Source of the DNA: a virus
Lineage: Duplodnaviria > Caudoviricetes
Reading direction: 5' to 3' (one strand)
Virus record (IMG/VR): IMGVR_UViG_3300021339_000008
Coordinates: 1 to 53,951 of that record
DNA: 53,951 nt
The position numbers and the translations under genes are program-made. Each line of letters opens with the position of its first letter. Position 1 is the stretch's first letter. The notes under the pieces are model-generated. The model searched no databases. It saw nothing but the letters and a program-made list of their open reading frames with translations, and was not told where the DNA came from. Shown one piece after another: positions 17,828-25,499 of this stretch.

Positions 17828-17896
17828 ACCTTATCCGGTTGGCGGACGAGGTTTAAGGGCCGAACGGGTGAACCTCAACCGCCCAGCGGATAAGGT
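17828..17896. promoter_or_regulatory. Two 25-bp palindromic operators between divergent genes
   Basis: ACCTTATCCG-N5-CGGACGAGGT (17828..17852) and ACCTCAACCG-N5-CGGATAAGGT (17872..17896); they overlap TAAGGT -10-like hexamers. Confidence 0.8.
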
Positions 17897-17908
17897 ATCG
17901 TCCCGGGG

Positions 17909-18130
17909 GTGAGCACCACCTGGACCGCCGACGCCTGCGCCGCGCACTGGGGCGTCACCCGCGATTCCTGGATGCGGTACGTCCGCGCCGGCCGCGCCCC
18001 GAAGCACGACCACTACGACCCTGAGACCGGCGAGCGCGTGTGGTTGGAAGCTGCCGTCCGAGCCTGGCAACGCCCCGGCCAGGGCGTCGGCGGCGGCCGG
18101 CCACGCAAGACGGCGGATACGCCCGACTGA
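17909..18130 (+). CDS. AlpA/MerR-like HTH DNA-binding protein
   Basis: WTADACAAHWGVTRDSWMRYV..G.AP....W....V.AW.RPGQG..GGRP. Confidence 0.8.
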   Translation: MSTTWTADACAAHWGVTRDSWMRYVRAGRAPKHDHYDPETGERVWLEAAVRAWQRPGQGVGGGRPRKTADTPD

Positions 18131-18254
18131 CCGAAGGCGTCAAGATCAGGCGACCGGCGACGATGCTTGACCGGCTCGGCGGCGCCTGACGTACCCTCGG
18201 CCTCGCGCGTCTTCCCCCGCGCTCCGCGTCAGCGTCGAGCCACGGGAGTCCGCC

Positions 18255-18554
18255 ATGCCCGATCTCAGCCAGATCCCCATGCCACCGGACCGGTACACCG
18301 TCGACGACCGCGTCGGCACCGTGCACCCGGACCGCTGCCCGGCCGGGCACCGCAGCGGCGTCGACGGGGTCCGCTGGATACACAGCGCACCGTCCCCCGG
18401 CTCCGCCAACTACTGGCTGTGCCTCGGCTGCGACCCCGTCCGTGGCCGCCGGTTCCGGGCAGCGGTCGAACTGTACGACGACCTGTCGTGGTGGTTCGAC
18501 GACCTGCAGGTGAGCAAGCGGGCGTACTGGAAGGCGCGGCACCTCGCGCGGTGA
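18255..18554 (+). CDS. Hypothetical protein (CPAGH / CxxC motifs)
   Basis: GGGAG RBS; 99 aa. Confidence 0.55.
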   Translation: MPDLSQIPMPPDRYTVDDRVGTVHPDRCPAGHRSGVDGVRWIHSAPSPGSANYWLCLGCDPVRGRRFRAAVELYDDLSWWFDDLQVSKRAYWKARHLAR

Positions 18555-18557
18555 CGG

Positions 18558-18746
18558 TCAGATCCGCCAGTGCAGCGCGGTGACCTCGACACCGGGCCGG
18601 GCGCCGGCGAGCGCGTGCGCGAGCAGGAACGCCTCGGCGTCAGTTGTGGCGGCGACCACGACGCGGGTCCGGTACACGGCGGTGACACCGCGTTTCAGGT
18701 CCGCGTGCGTGGCCGTCTCCGCGTCGAAGCTGTAGACCGCGACGTC
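18558..18746 (-). pseudogene. Coding-like frame lacking a proper start
   Basis: DVAVYSFDAETATHADLKRG...LHWRI* begins one base out of frame with the upstream stop codon. Confidence 0.35.
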
Positions 18747-19572
18747 ACGCCTCGATCCACGCGGGCGGGTTGGCCCAGTACTCCCGGTGCGCTTCGATCA
18801 GCCACCGGTCCGCCGCTTCCCGGTCCGGTTCGGCCGGCAGCGGGCTGGAGTCGAGCAGCGCGGTGAGCTCCGCCTCCGCCTCGCTGGCCGCGTCGAGCGC
18901 CCACTCCTTCGACCGCTCGCCGTACCGCAGGGCGGTGAGGTCGGACCGCCACGGCTCGGGCATCGGCAGCGTCAACCGTCCGGTGCGCAGCAGTTCGACG
19001 CCCTGCACTCCGAGTCGCACCATGTGGTAGGCGAACTTGGTGTCGAACCCGTGGAGGTCGACCAGCTCCGGCCGGTTCGTGTGTCGCTGCCCGCGGAGGC
19101 CGAGCATCTGCTCGCGTTGGGACCGCAGGTAGCCGATGAACCGGTGTCCGGCCTGCCGGGACAGGATCATCTCCGGGTGCTCGCGCAGGTACCGGCCGGT
19201 GGCGGTGCTGTCGACGACCTCGGAGTCCGGGACGAACAGCGGCAATAGCACCGTCGGGTTGCCCTGCAGGGCGAGCCGCAGCCACTTCCGCAGCGAGTAG
19301 ATCACCAGGTCGATGTCACCTGGTCCGGAGCGGACGCCCTGCGGTTGGGTGCGGTACTCGTACTGGTCGAACCGGCGCAGGCCGATGACGTACTCGGGTG
19401 GTTCGAGGCAGATGCCCATCTCGTCGCGGTCGTCCTGTTCGGCCACGGTGACGCCGTGGACGCCGCTGCCGACCTGGGTGCGCAGGATCTCACCGCGCAG
19501 CGCGAGGTCGCGGGCCGTCGGGGTGGAGTGCGGGCCGGTGAACGCCGCCGTGTAGATCACGCCGCCCATCAT
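18745..19572 (-). CDS. Pol-beta superfamily nucleotidyltransferase (RlaP/Nuc-transf-like)
   Basis: VGSGVHG...DDRDEMGI, YSLRKW..LA..GNP, GFDTKFAYHMVRL motifs. Confidence 0.85.
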   Translation of the reverse strand: MMGGVIYTAAFTGPHSTPTARDLALRGEILRTQVGSGVHGVTVAEQDDRDEMGICLEPPEYVIGLRRFDQYEYRTQPQGVRSGPGDIDLVIYSLRKWLRLALQGNPTVLLPLFVPDSEVVDSTATGRYLREHPEMILSRQAGHRFIGYLRSQREQMLGLRGQRHTNRPELVDLHGFDTKFAYHMVRLGVQGVELLRTGRLTLPMPEPWRSDLTALRYGERSKEWALDAASEAEAELTALLDSSPLPAEPDREAADRWLIEAHREYWANPPAWIEA

Positions 19573-19784
19573 GCAGCCCTGCGGATCGCATCGGCCAGCT
19601 CGTCGGCGTGGGACCGGTCCACCACCGTTGTCGACCGGTCGGTGCCCTGCCACGACACCAGGACCCCGATGGCCGCGCGGCCGCGCATGTCCACCCGGTC
19701 GACGATGATCGTGCACGGGTGCCCGTCGGCCGTGTATGCCTCGACGAGCGTCCGGTACGACAGGTCACCGTCGTCGCCGTTCAC
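19569..19784 (-). CDS. Hypothetical protein
   Basis: GTGA/ATGA coupling on both sides. Confidence 0.6.
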   Translation of the reverse strand: MNGDDGDLSYRTLVEAYTADGHPCTIIVDRVDMRGRAAIGVLVSWQGTDRSTTVVDRSHADELADAIRRAA

Positions 19785-20083
19785 GACTCGATCACCTGCG
19801 TCAGCCGGTTCGCCTCGGCGTGCATGCCGTCGGCGATCTGCGCGCACCTGGTGGCCTCGTCGACGTGATGGGTGGCCCGGTCCCGGTGGTGCACCGCGCG
19901 GCGCCCGTACCGGCCGGCCGCGGTGCGCAGCTCCCGGACGAGCAGGCGGCCCTCCGTCTCGACGTCGGGCGACGGTGCGATGTGCCCGTCGGTGCGGCCG
20001 CCGGGGATGACGGTCAGGTGCCGACGACGTCGACGGTGGGTCTCCGGTCGCTCACCGAGCGGCCGTGTCCGAGAATCTTCCAT
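19781..20083 (-). CDS. Hypothetical protein
   Basis: AGGAGG RBS; 100 aa. Confidence 0.6.
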   Translation of the reverse strand: MEDSRTRPLGERPETHRRRRRHLTVIPGGRTDGHIAPSPDVETEGRLLVRELRTAAGRYGRRAVHHRDRATHHVDEATRCAQIADGMHAEANRLTQVIES

Positions 20084-20163
20084 GGGTCTCGCCTCCTGGG
20101 GCGGGGTCAAGCCCTCCGGCCGGTGCTCGTAACACCGAGCCGGGGGGCGTCCAACAACGGGGT

Positions 20164-21156
20164 CTAGGTCGTTCCGCACACCTCGAAGAACATGTCGGCA
20201 GCGACGAGCCACGGCTCCAGCGGCGCCTCGGCCGTCAAGCCGAGCAGACCAGCCCGGGAGCTCACCTGATCGGAGTCCGACGGCAGGGCAAGTGCGAAGA
20301 TGGCGTCGGCCAGGATCTTGCGCTCAGTGGCCGAGCCGATGTCCTTGCCGCTCTCGTCGACCGCCCGAGCGAACGTGTCGCACGCGAGCTGGCCGGCCTG
20401 GTCCAGCGCCACCGTCGGCCCCGCCGCCGACGTTGTGGCATCGGTCGTGGTGGTCGTCGAGCTGGCCGCCGGCTGCACCGCCGGGTCGTCGTCGCCCCGG
20501 GTGGCGGCGATGAAGCCGCCGACCGCCGCCACGACGATGAAGGCGATCAGGCCGATGACCACCCCGAGGTTGGGGCCGCGACGGTCGGGCGGCGGCGGAT
20601 CGGTGGGCTGGCCGGGGGTGGGCGGGTCCTGCGGGGCCATGGGGGCTCTCCTCGGTGGGCTACCCCCGCGTATCGCTCGCCGAACACGCAGCATTAGCCA
20701 CGCGGTCGCGACGAGCGACCAACCGATCACCACCGAGCGGAGATCGCCGACGGCCACACCGGCGACGGTGCCGGCCGCGGTGAGCGCACCAGCCGCGAGT
20801 AGGCGCCACCGCTGGCGCCCAGGACGGGGCGGCGGCCGGGACCCGGTCGGCGGTCCTGCCGCTGCCGGTGAGGGCTGCGCCGTCGGCACGGGCCGTTCAC
20901 CGGGTCCCGGCGCGGGTGGCGTTGACGGCGTCGCTGCGGGTGCCGCCGTCCCGCCCGGCGCCGGACGCGACGCGGCACGCCGGACCCGTCCGCGTGCCCG
21001 CCGCAGCAGCGCGGTCAGCTCGTCGAGCAGCTGCCCGACGTCGGCGGGGGCGGCGCGCAGATCGGGATGCCGCTCGAGCAGCGCGGCGAGCTGGGTGAGG
21101 AGATCGTGACCGGCGCCGGCCAGCACGGTCGCCGGGTCCACGGTGCGGGCGGTCAC
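20164..21156 (-). CDS. Membrane protein; strong internal start at 20640 would give a 158-aa single-TM protein
   Basis: Three TM segments; GAGGAGAG RBS before the internal ATG; Cys pair in the C-terminal domain. Confidence 0.6.
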   Translation of the reverse strand: MTARTVDPATVLAGAGHDLLTQLAALLERHPDLRAAPADVGQLLDELTALLRRARGRVRRAASRPAPGGTAAPAATPSTPPAPGPGERPVPTAQPSPAAAGPPTGSRPPPRPGRQRWRLLAAGALTAAGTVAGVAVGDLRSVVIGWSLVATAWLMLRVRRAIRGGSPPRRAPMAPQDPPTPGQPTDPPPPDRRGPNLGVVIGLIAFIVVAAVGGFIAATRGDDDPAVQPAASSTTTTTDATTSAAGPTVALDQAGQLACDTFARAVDESGKDIGSATERKILADAIFALALPSDSDQVSSRAGLLGLTAEAPLEPWLVAADMFFEVCGTT

Positions 21157-21165
21157 AACGCCACC

Positions 21166-21384
21166 TCAGAGCGGGCGCCCGTTGTCCTCGTAGTACTCGC
21201 CCGTGACGAGTTTGTAGTAGCAGACGTTGACCGCGGTGAGGAGATGCACGGCCTCGGCGGGGCTGAGCCGGACCCGCCGACCCTCGTGGTAGATGTAGAC
21301 GTGCTGGCCGCGAACGGCGACCGCGAGCCAGTCCGGTTCACCATCCGCGTTCTCACAGCGGACGCGTTGTACCCGTTCCCCCAT
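21166..21384 (-). CDS. Hypothetical protein, first gene of the leftward operon
   Basis: 72 aa ORF with plausible codon use. Confidence 0.55.
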   Translation of the reverse strand: MGERVQRVRCENADGEPDWLAVAVRGQHVYIYHEGRRVRLSPAEAVHLLTAVNVCYYKLVTGEYYEDNGRPL

Positions 21385-21469
21385 GTCACCGTCCAGTCGC
21401 CGACATCTCGATCACTGTCCGTAGTTGATCTACCTTCCGCCACTGAACCCGGCTGGATGGTCGTAGCTA

Positions 21470-21485
21470 TCACCCGAACGGGTGA
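21470..21485. promoter_or_regulatory. Perfect 16-bp palindrome matching the BldM homodimer box
   Basis: TCACCCG-AA-CGGGTGA, intergenic; Streptomyces BldM consensus as recalled is TCACcCgnncGgGTGA. Confidence 0.7.
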
Positions 21486-21496
21486 CACGACCCGGG

Positions 21497-22483
21497 TCAT
21501 GACCGGCCGCCCTGGACCAGGGCCAACGTCGACCGCTGCTTGTCCCGCAGCGACCGGGCCGTCATCTCGTCCACCGAGTCGGCAGCGCCCTCAGGCTCGA
21601 CCAGGGTGTACATCGCGGTCGTCTCGGGGCTGCTGTGACCGAGGAGGATCTGCAGCTTGCGGATGTTCGGCTCCACCTCCAGCGTCCGGGTGGCGAAGGA
21701 GTGCCGCAGGTGGTGCCCGACGTGCTGGATGTCGAGCTCGGCGAAGTGCTGCCGGATGCGCTCACCCACGTCGGCCGGCCGGTAACCCTTGCCCGACGGC
21801 TTGGTGAACAGCGGCCCCTGCCCGCCGCGGAACGGCCGCAGCGCGCTCGCCACCTCGGCGGCCACCGGGACGCGGCGGACCTTCCCCCCTTTGCCTCGGA
21901 CGGTGAGCCACAAGCCGCCGCCGGCGCGGTCGGCCAGGTCTCCCGCTCGAAGGCCGGCGACCTCCATCCGGCGCAGTCCGCCGTAGCGGTACAGCATCAG
22001 CCAGGCGAACAACTCGGGGTCGTGGGTGGCTGCGTCCAGCGCGAGGAACACGTCGGGCTCTTCGACCGGGTCCGGGTTCCCCTTCTTGATCCGCTTCGGC
22101 CGCTTCACCCGCGCGGCCGGGTCGTCAAGCCGGTACTCGACCACGCCGACGAGGAACTCGCCGAAGAACAGGTGCAGCGCGCTGATGTAATTCGCGGCTG
22201 ACCGCGGCGAGCAGGTCAGTGCCTCGCGCCACTCCTGGAGCTGCGCGTACTGGGCGTCAACGAGCGCGACCTTGTGATGTGCGGACAGCCAGTCGGCGGC
22301 CCGCCAGTACACCCGGCGGTAGGAGTCGATGGTGAGCTGGGCCCCGCCCTCGCTGGCGTACCAGCGGATGAAGCGGCCGATGTGGAGTTCGTTGCTCTTG
22401 GTGCGCCCCTTCTTACCTCTTGTACTCGGTGGCATGTGTCGGCCAACGACCCTGTATTTGCGCTGGTCACGCGGTGTTGGCAT
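21497..22483 (-). CDS. int: Tyrosine integrase, XerC/D-like
   Basis: GLRRME (R), RGKGGK (K), HHLRHSFAT (HxxR), LGHSS..T..Y catalytic motifs. Confidence 0.92.
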   Translation of the reverse strand: MPTPRDQRKYRVVGRHMPPSTRGKKGRTKSNELHIGRFIRWYASEGGAQLTIDSYRRVYWRAADWLSAHHKVALVDAQYAQLQEWREALTCSPRSAANYISALHLFFGEFLVGVVEYRLDDPAARVKRPKRIKKGNPDPVEEPDVFLALDAATHDPELFAWLMLYRYGGLRRMEVAGLRAGDLADRAGGGLWLTVRGKGGKVRRVPVAAEVASALRPFRGGQGPLFTKPSGKGYRPADVGERIRQHFAELDIQHVGHHLRHSFATRTLEVEPNIRKLQILLGHSSPETTAMYTLVEPEGAADSVDEMTARSLRDKQRSTLALVQGGRS

Positions 22484-23015
22484 GATGCCTCGATCGAGTA
22501 ACCCCGAGTCGGGTGACGATGGCGCCGCTATGCCCGGAGTTCGGCGCTCGTGACCCTCTGTCGAGCAGCCTCGTTACGTGTTCTGACGCCGGCTGGTAAC
22601 GCGGCCAAGTACGACCTCCGGTGATATCGCCAGAGAAGGCCCTGACCTGCGGTGATCCTTGTCGAGTGTCCTGTCCATAACACGGATTATCGACGGCGAT
22701 ATCGACAGAATGCATCGCGCCGTAACTGTCCGTGCCCGTGGCGGCTTCGCGCTCGGCGAGTTGCGACAGCTTGGCCGCGAGCTGTGCCGCGGGCAGGAGC
22801 AGATCGGATGCCTGGACGCCGAGGGCGGTGGCCAGGACCGGCAGGTCCTCGATCTGCCAGCGCCTCCGGCCGCTGATCTTGTTGGCCACGGCGTTCTCTT
22901 GAAGTCCCATGGCCTGGGCGAGCTGCTTGGCGTACTTCATGCGCCGCCAGCCCATCAGGGCGTCGACATTCCGACGTATCACTGGCTGCAGGATGTCTGA
23001 CTCCTCGGCTGTCAC
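22467..23015 (-). CDS. Immunity repressor (XRE/Cro-CI HTH) with long C-terminal tail
   Basis: AKQLAQAMGLQENAVANKISGRRRWQIEDL..LA.ALGV..SDLL; upstream of int and divergent from the Cro-like gene. Confidence 0.85.
   Translation of the reverse strand: MTAEESDILQPVIRRNVDALMGWRRMKYAKQLAQAMGLQENAVANKISGRRRWQIEDLPVLATALGVQASDLLLPAAQLAAKLSQLAEREAATGTDSYGAMHSVDIAVDNPCYGQDTRQGSPQVRAFSGDITGGRTWPRYQPASEHVTRLLDRGSRAPNSGHSGAIVTRLGVTRSRHHANTA
22670..22697. other. Candidate attP core, dif-like
   Basis: CCTGTCCATAA-CACGGA-TTATCGACGGC: GTCCATAA/TTATCGAC inverted arms around a 6-bp spacer, inside the repressor ORF. Confidence 0.6.
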
Positions 23016-23030
23016 CCCGCCATCGTGCCT

Positions 23031-23123
23031 GATTATCTGCCACCCCGGCAAGTAATCCATCCGGGTGATACTCCGGACCGATATGCCAAACGGTCTATCA
23101 ATCTGCCGAGCTGGCAGATAATC
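23031..23123. promoter_or_regulatory. Repressor/Cro operators
   Basis: GATTATCTGCC-N5-GGCAAGTAATC (23031..23057) and ATCAATCTGCC-N5-GGCAGATAATC (23097..23123). Confidence 0.8.
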
Positions 23124-23130
23124 TACCGAC

Positions 23131-23349
23131 ATGGCTCGCACCCCAGAGATCCGACGACTGGCCTCCAAGGCCGTCGGTGGGCCCATCGCGCAGTGGATCG
23201 ATGGGCATCGCAAGTCCGCTGTCCAGTTGACCTACCCCCAGATCGCCAGCCTGCTCGCGGCTGATCACGACATCTGCGTGAGCGCCGAGACGCTGCGGGT
23301 CTGGCACATCAACGCCGACGCCGAGCCGGACCTCGCCGACACCGCCTAG
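23131..23349 (+). CDS. Cro-like HTH protein
   Basis: TYPQIASLL....VSAETLRVW; divergent from the repressor. Confidence 0.7.
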   Translation: MARTPEIRRLASKAVGGPIAQWIDGHRKSAVQLTYPQIASLLAADHDICVSAETLRVWHINADAEPDLADTA

Positions 23350-23445
23350 ACCGGCTGTCGCCCCGACCGGACCACGAACCAGCCGGGTCGGCAGCCACCC
23401 ACGGTCAGCAGCGCGCACCTCCCTCGGCGCAGCAGCGGCCACCCC

Positions 23446-23530
23446 GGCCGGCGGGGTGTCAGCACCACCCCGTCGGCCACCAAACGCAGACAGCAAGCGG
23501 GGCGCCGGATCGCACCCGGCGCCCCACCGC
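23446..23530 (+). terminator. Two GC-rich hairpins after cro (tR1-like)
   Basis: GGCCGGCGGGGTG..CACCCCGTCGGCC and GGGGCGCCGG..CCGGCGCCCC. Confidence 0.5.
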
Positions 23531-23555
23531 ACCGACCGAAGGGAAGTGACCTCCC

Positions 23556-24389
23556 ATGGCCACCACGACCGTACCGCCCGAGACGGAGATGGAGCAGATC
23601 CGCGTGTTCGCGCCGGGCGAGCTCGACCGCCTCTTCGCCGACGACGCGCCGGCCGCCGGGCATTGCCCGCGTTGCGGCGGCGGCTACAAGTGCCCGTGCA
23701 CGCACTGCCAGGCGTGCAAGGAGACCTACGGCCAGTGCGCCTGTCCGAAGGGTGAGGTCGACGGCCTGTTCGTGCCGGTGGCCCGGGGCGGTGACCCGGT
23801 CGTCAACGTCGAGGCGGTCGTCTGCCCCACCTGCGGGCGCCTCCCGTGCGGCTGCATGTCCGGCCCGCCGGTCGACCGGTCCGACCTCGTCCAGGCGTGG
23901 CACGACGCGCAGCACTCCGCCCGCTACGACGACGCCGAGGACCTCGTGACGCAGACCAAGGACGCCATCCGCACCGCCGCACTCCCCGGCCTCACCGTCC
24001 TCGACGGCGACGGCTACGACCAGCTCCTCGACACCGACGGCGACCCCGGCACCCCCATCGCATGGGGCAGGCCGCCCGTGCTGACCATCACCGACCACGA
24101 CGGCAGCCAGCTCACCGTGCAGCGCAGCAACGACCTGCACCGCGTGGCCATCGCCGACCACAACGGTGCCGTGTACCTGGCCGACACCGCCCTCGACGCC
24201 CTCGCCGAGCACCTGCTCCACCGCGGCACCGAGCTGGACGCCCTCGACCGGCACATCCAGGCGCTGCGCACCCTGGCCATCCGGCACGGCGGCGGCGGGT
24301 CGAACCTGCGGGCCGCGGTCGAGCACCTGGTCGACGAGCTCCGCGACCGCAGGACCCCCGCCCCGTCGACCGGCGGCCGGGTCGCGTGA
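23556..24389 (+). CDS. Cys-rich hypothetical early protein
   Basis: CPRC..CPCTHCQAC..CAC..CPTC..CGC. Confidence 0.7.
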   Translation: MATTTVPPETEMEQIRVFAPGELDRLFADDAPAAGHCPRCGGGYKCPCTHCQACKETYGQCACPKGEVDGLFVPVARGGDPVVNVEAVVCPTCGRLPCGCMSGPPVDRSDLVQAWHDAQHSARYDDAEDLVTQTKDAIRTAALPGLTVLDGDGYDQLLDTDGDPGTPIAWGRPPVLTITDHDGSQLTVQRSNDLHRVAIADHNGAVYLADTALDALAEHLLHRGTELDALDRHIQALRTLAIRHGGGGSNLRAAVEHLVDELRDRRTPAPSTGGRVA

Positions 24390-24739
24390 TGGCCACCGTC
24401 AACCGCCGATCCGGTAACACGGCGTCGGTCCGCGCCGTCCGCCTCGGTGACCCGCTGAGCGACCGCGAACGGCTCATCCTGATCCTCGTCGCCCGCGGCT
24501 ACACCAACGTGTCCATCGGCCTCGAGCTGCACCTGACCGACAACACCGTCGCCGGGCTGCTGCGGGTGATGTTCGCCAAGACGGGCGCCCGCTGCCGCAC
24601 CACCCTGGTCACGCGGGCGTTCGCCCCGTTCGGCTTCGGCATCGAGACTGCCCCGTCGTCGCGGCTCATCCCGGCGGCGCCCAACGCCACGGTCACCGCC
24701 ACCCGTCAGCTCGTCGCGACCGCCGCGAGGGTGTCGTGA
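24389..24739 (+). CDS. Stand-alone LuxR-type HTH protein
   Basis: LSDRERLILILVARGYTNVSIGLELHLTDNTV..K.GA..R; TGATG coupling. Confidence 0.8.
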   Translation: MATVNRRSGNTASVRAVRLGDPLSDRERLILILVARGYTNVSIGLELHLTDNTVAGLLRVMFAKTGARCRTTLVTRAFAPFGFGIETAPSSRLIPAAPNATVTATRQLVATAARVS

Positions 24740-25248
24740 ACGCCGACGACCGGCTGGTGCCGGTGTACATCGTGACCCGCCTGTCGGACCTGCTCGGCCC
24801 GGTCGGGTTGTCCCGGCTGCTGCCGCAGGTGCTCGACGCCTACGACGCGACCGAGACCGCCGACGTGGCCGTCCACCTGGTAGGGATGCTCACCCCGCGC
24901 GACGCCGAGGCACTCCTCGGGCCGCTGCTCGCCCTGTACGAGGTGCACCGGCAGGCCGTCGAGCCGGACGCCGCGGCGCTGGCCGACGATCTCGCCGTCG
25001 ACGCGGCCGTCCACGTGGAGCCGTTGACGAACCAGGAACGGCTGGTGCTGGCCGGGATCGCCACGGGGCGTACCAACGGTGAGATCGGCCGGGCGATGTA
25101 CCTGGCCGAGGCCACGGTGAAGACGCACACGGTGCGGCTGCGGCAGAAGCTCGGCGCCAGGGACCGCGCGCACGCCGTCGCCCGGGGGTATGAGCTCGGG
25201 CTGCTGCCGGCGGCGTTCCACCCGGCGGACCAGGCGGCGGCGTCATGA
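24736..25248 (+). CDS. LuxR/NarL HTH protein with BldM-like DNA-binding domain, no receiver
   Basis: LTNQERLVLAGIATGRTNGEIGRAMYLAEATVKTHTVRLRQKLGARDRAHAVARGYELGLL. Confidence 0.85.
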   Translation: MNADDRLVPVYIVTRLSDLLGPVGLSRLLPQVLDAYDATETADVAVHLVGMLTPRDAEALLGPLLALYEVHRQAVEPDAAALADDLAVDAAVHVEPLTNQERLVLAGIATGRTNGEIGRAMYLAEATVKTHTVRLRQKLGARDRAHAVARGYELGLLPAAFHPADQAAAS

Positions 25249-25499
25249 GCACCGTCTGCCCGACCTGCCGCAAGACGGCGGCCTACTGCACCTGCCGGGC
25301 CCGCCGGGTGGTCGCGGTCGTCGTCCTGGCGTTCGCGCTGGCAGGGTGTGAGCCGGGTGTCCAGACGCCCGGCCCGCCCGCCCCGGCGGAGCAGGTCATC
25401 GAGGAGGACGACCCGGGCTGGGACTGCCGCGTCCACGGCAACCGGCAGTGCGGCCCGGCGCAGACCGTGCCCGTACCGACCCCGGCGGTGCAGCCGTGA
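25245..25499 (+). CDS. Putative lipoprotein
   Basis: Hydrophobic stretch ending in an LAGC lipobox; EDDPGWDC..GNRQCG. Confidence 0.65.
   Translation: MSTVCPTCRKTAAYCTCRARRVVAVVVLAFALAGCEPGVQTPGPPAPAEQVIEEDDPGWDCRVHGNRQCGPAQTVPVPTPAVQP

Noticed and set aside
21385-21496. Intergenic region downstream of int as attP
   Set aside because: No tRNA-like core is visible, and the dif-like core at 22670..22697 is a better candidate; not fully excluded
23016-23213. N-terminal extension of the repressor with a DYLPxxQI repeat
   Set aside because: The repeat is simply the translation of the two DNA operators, and the extension overlaps cro
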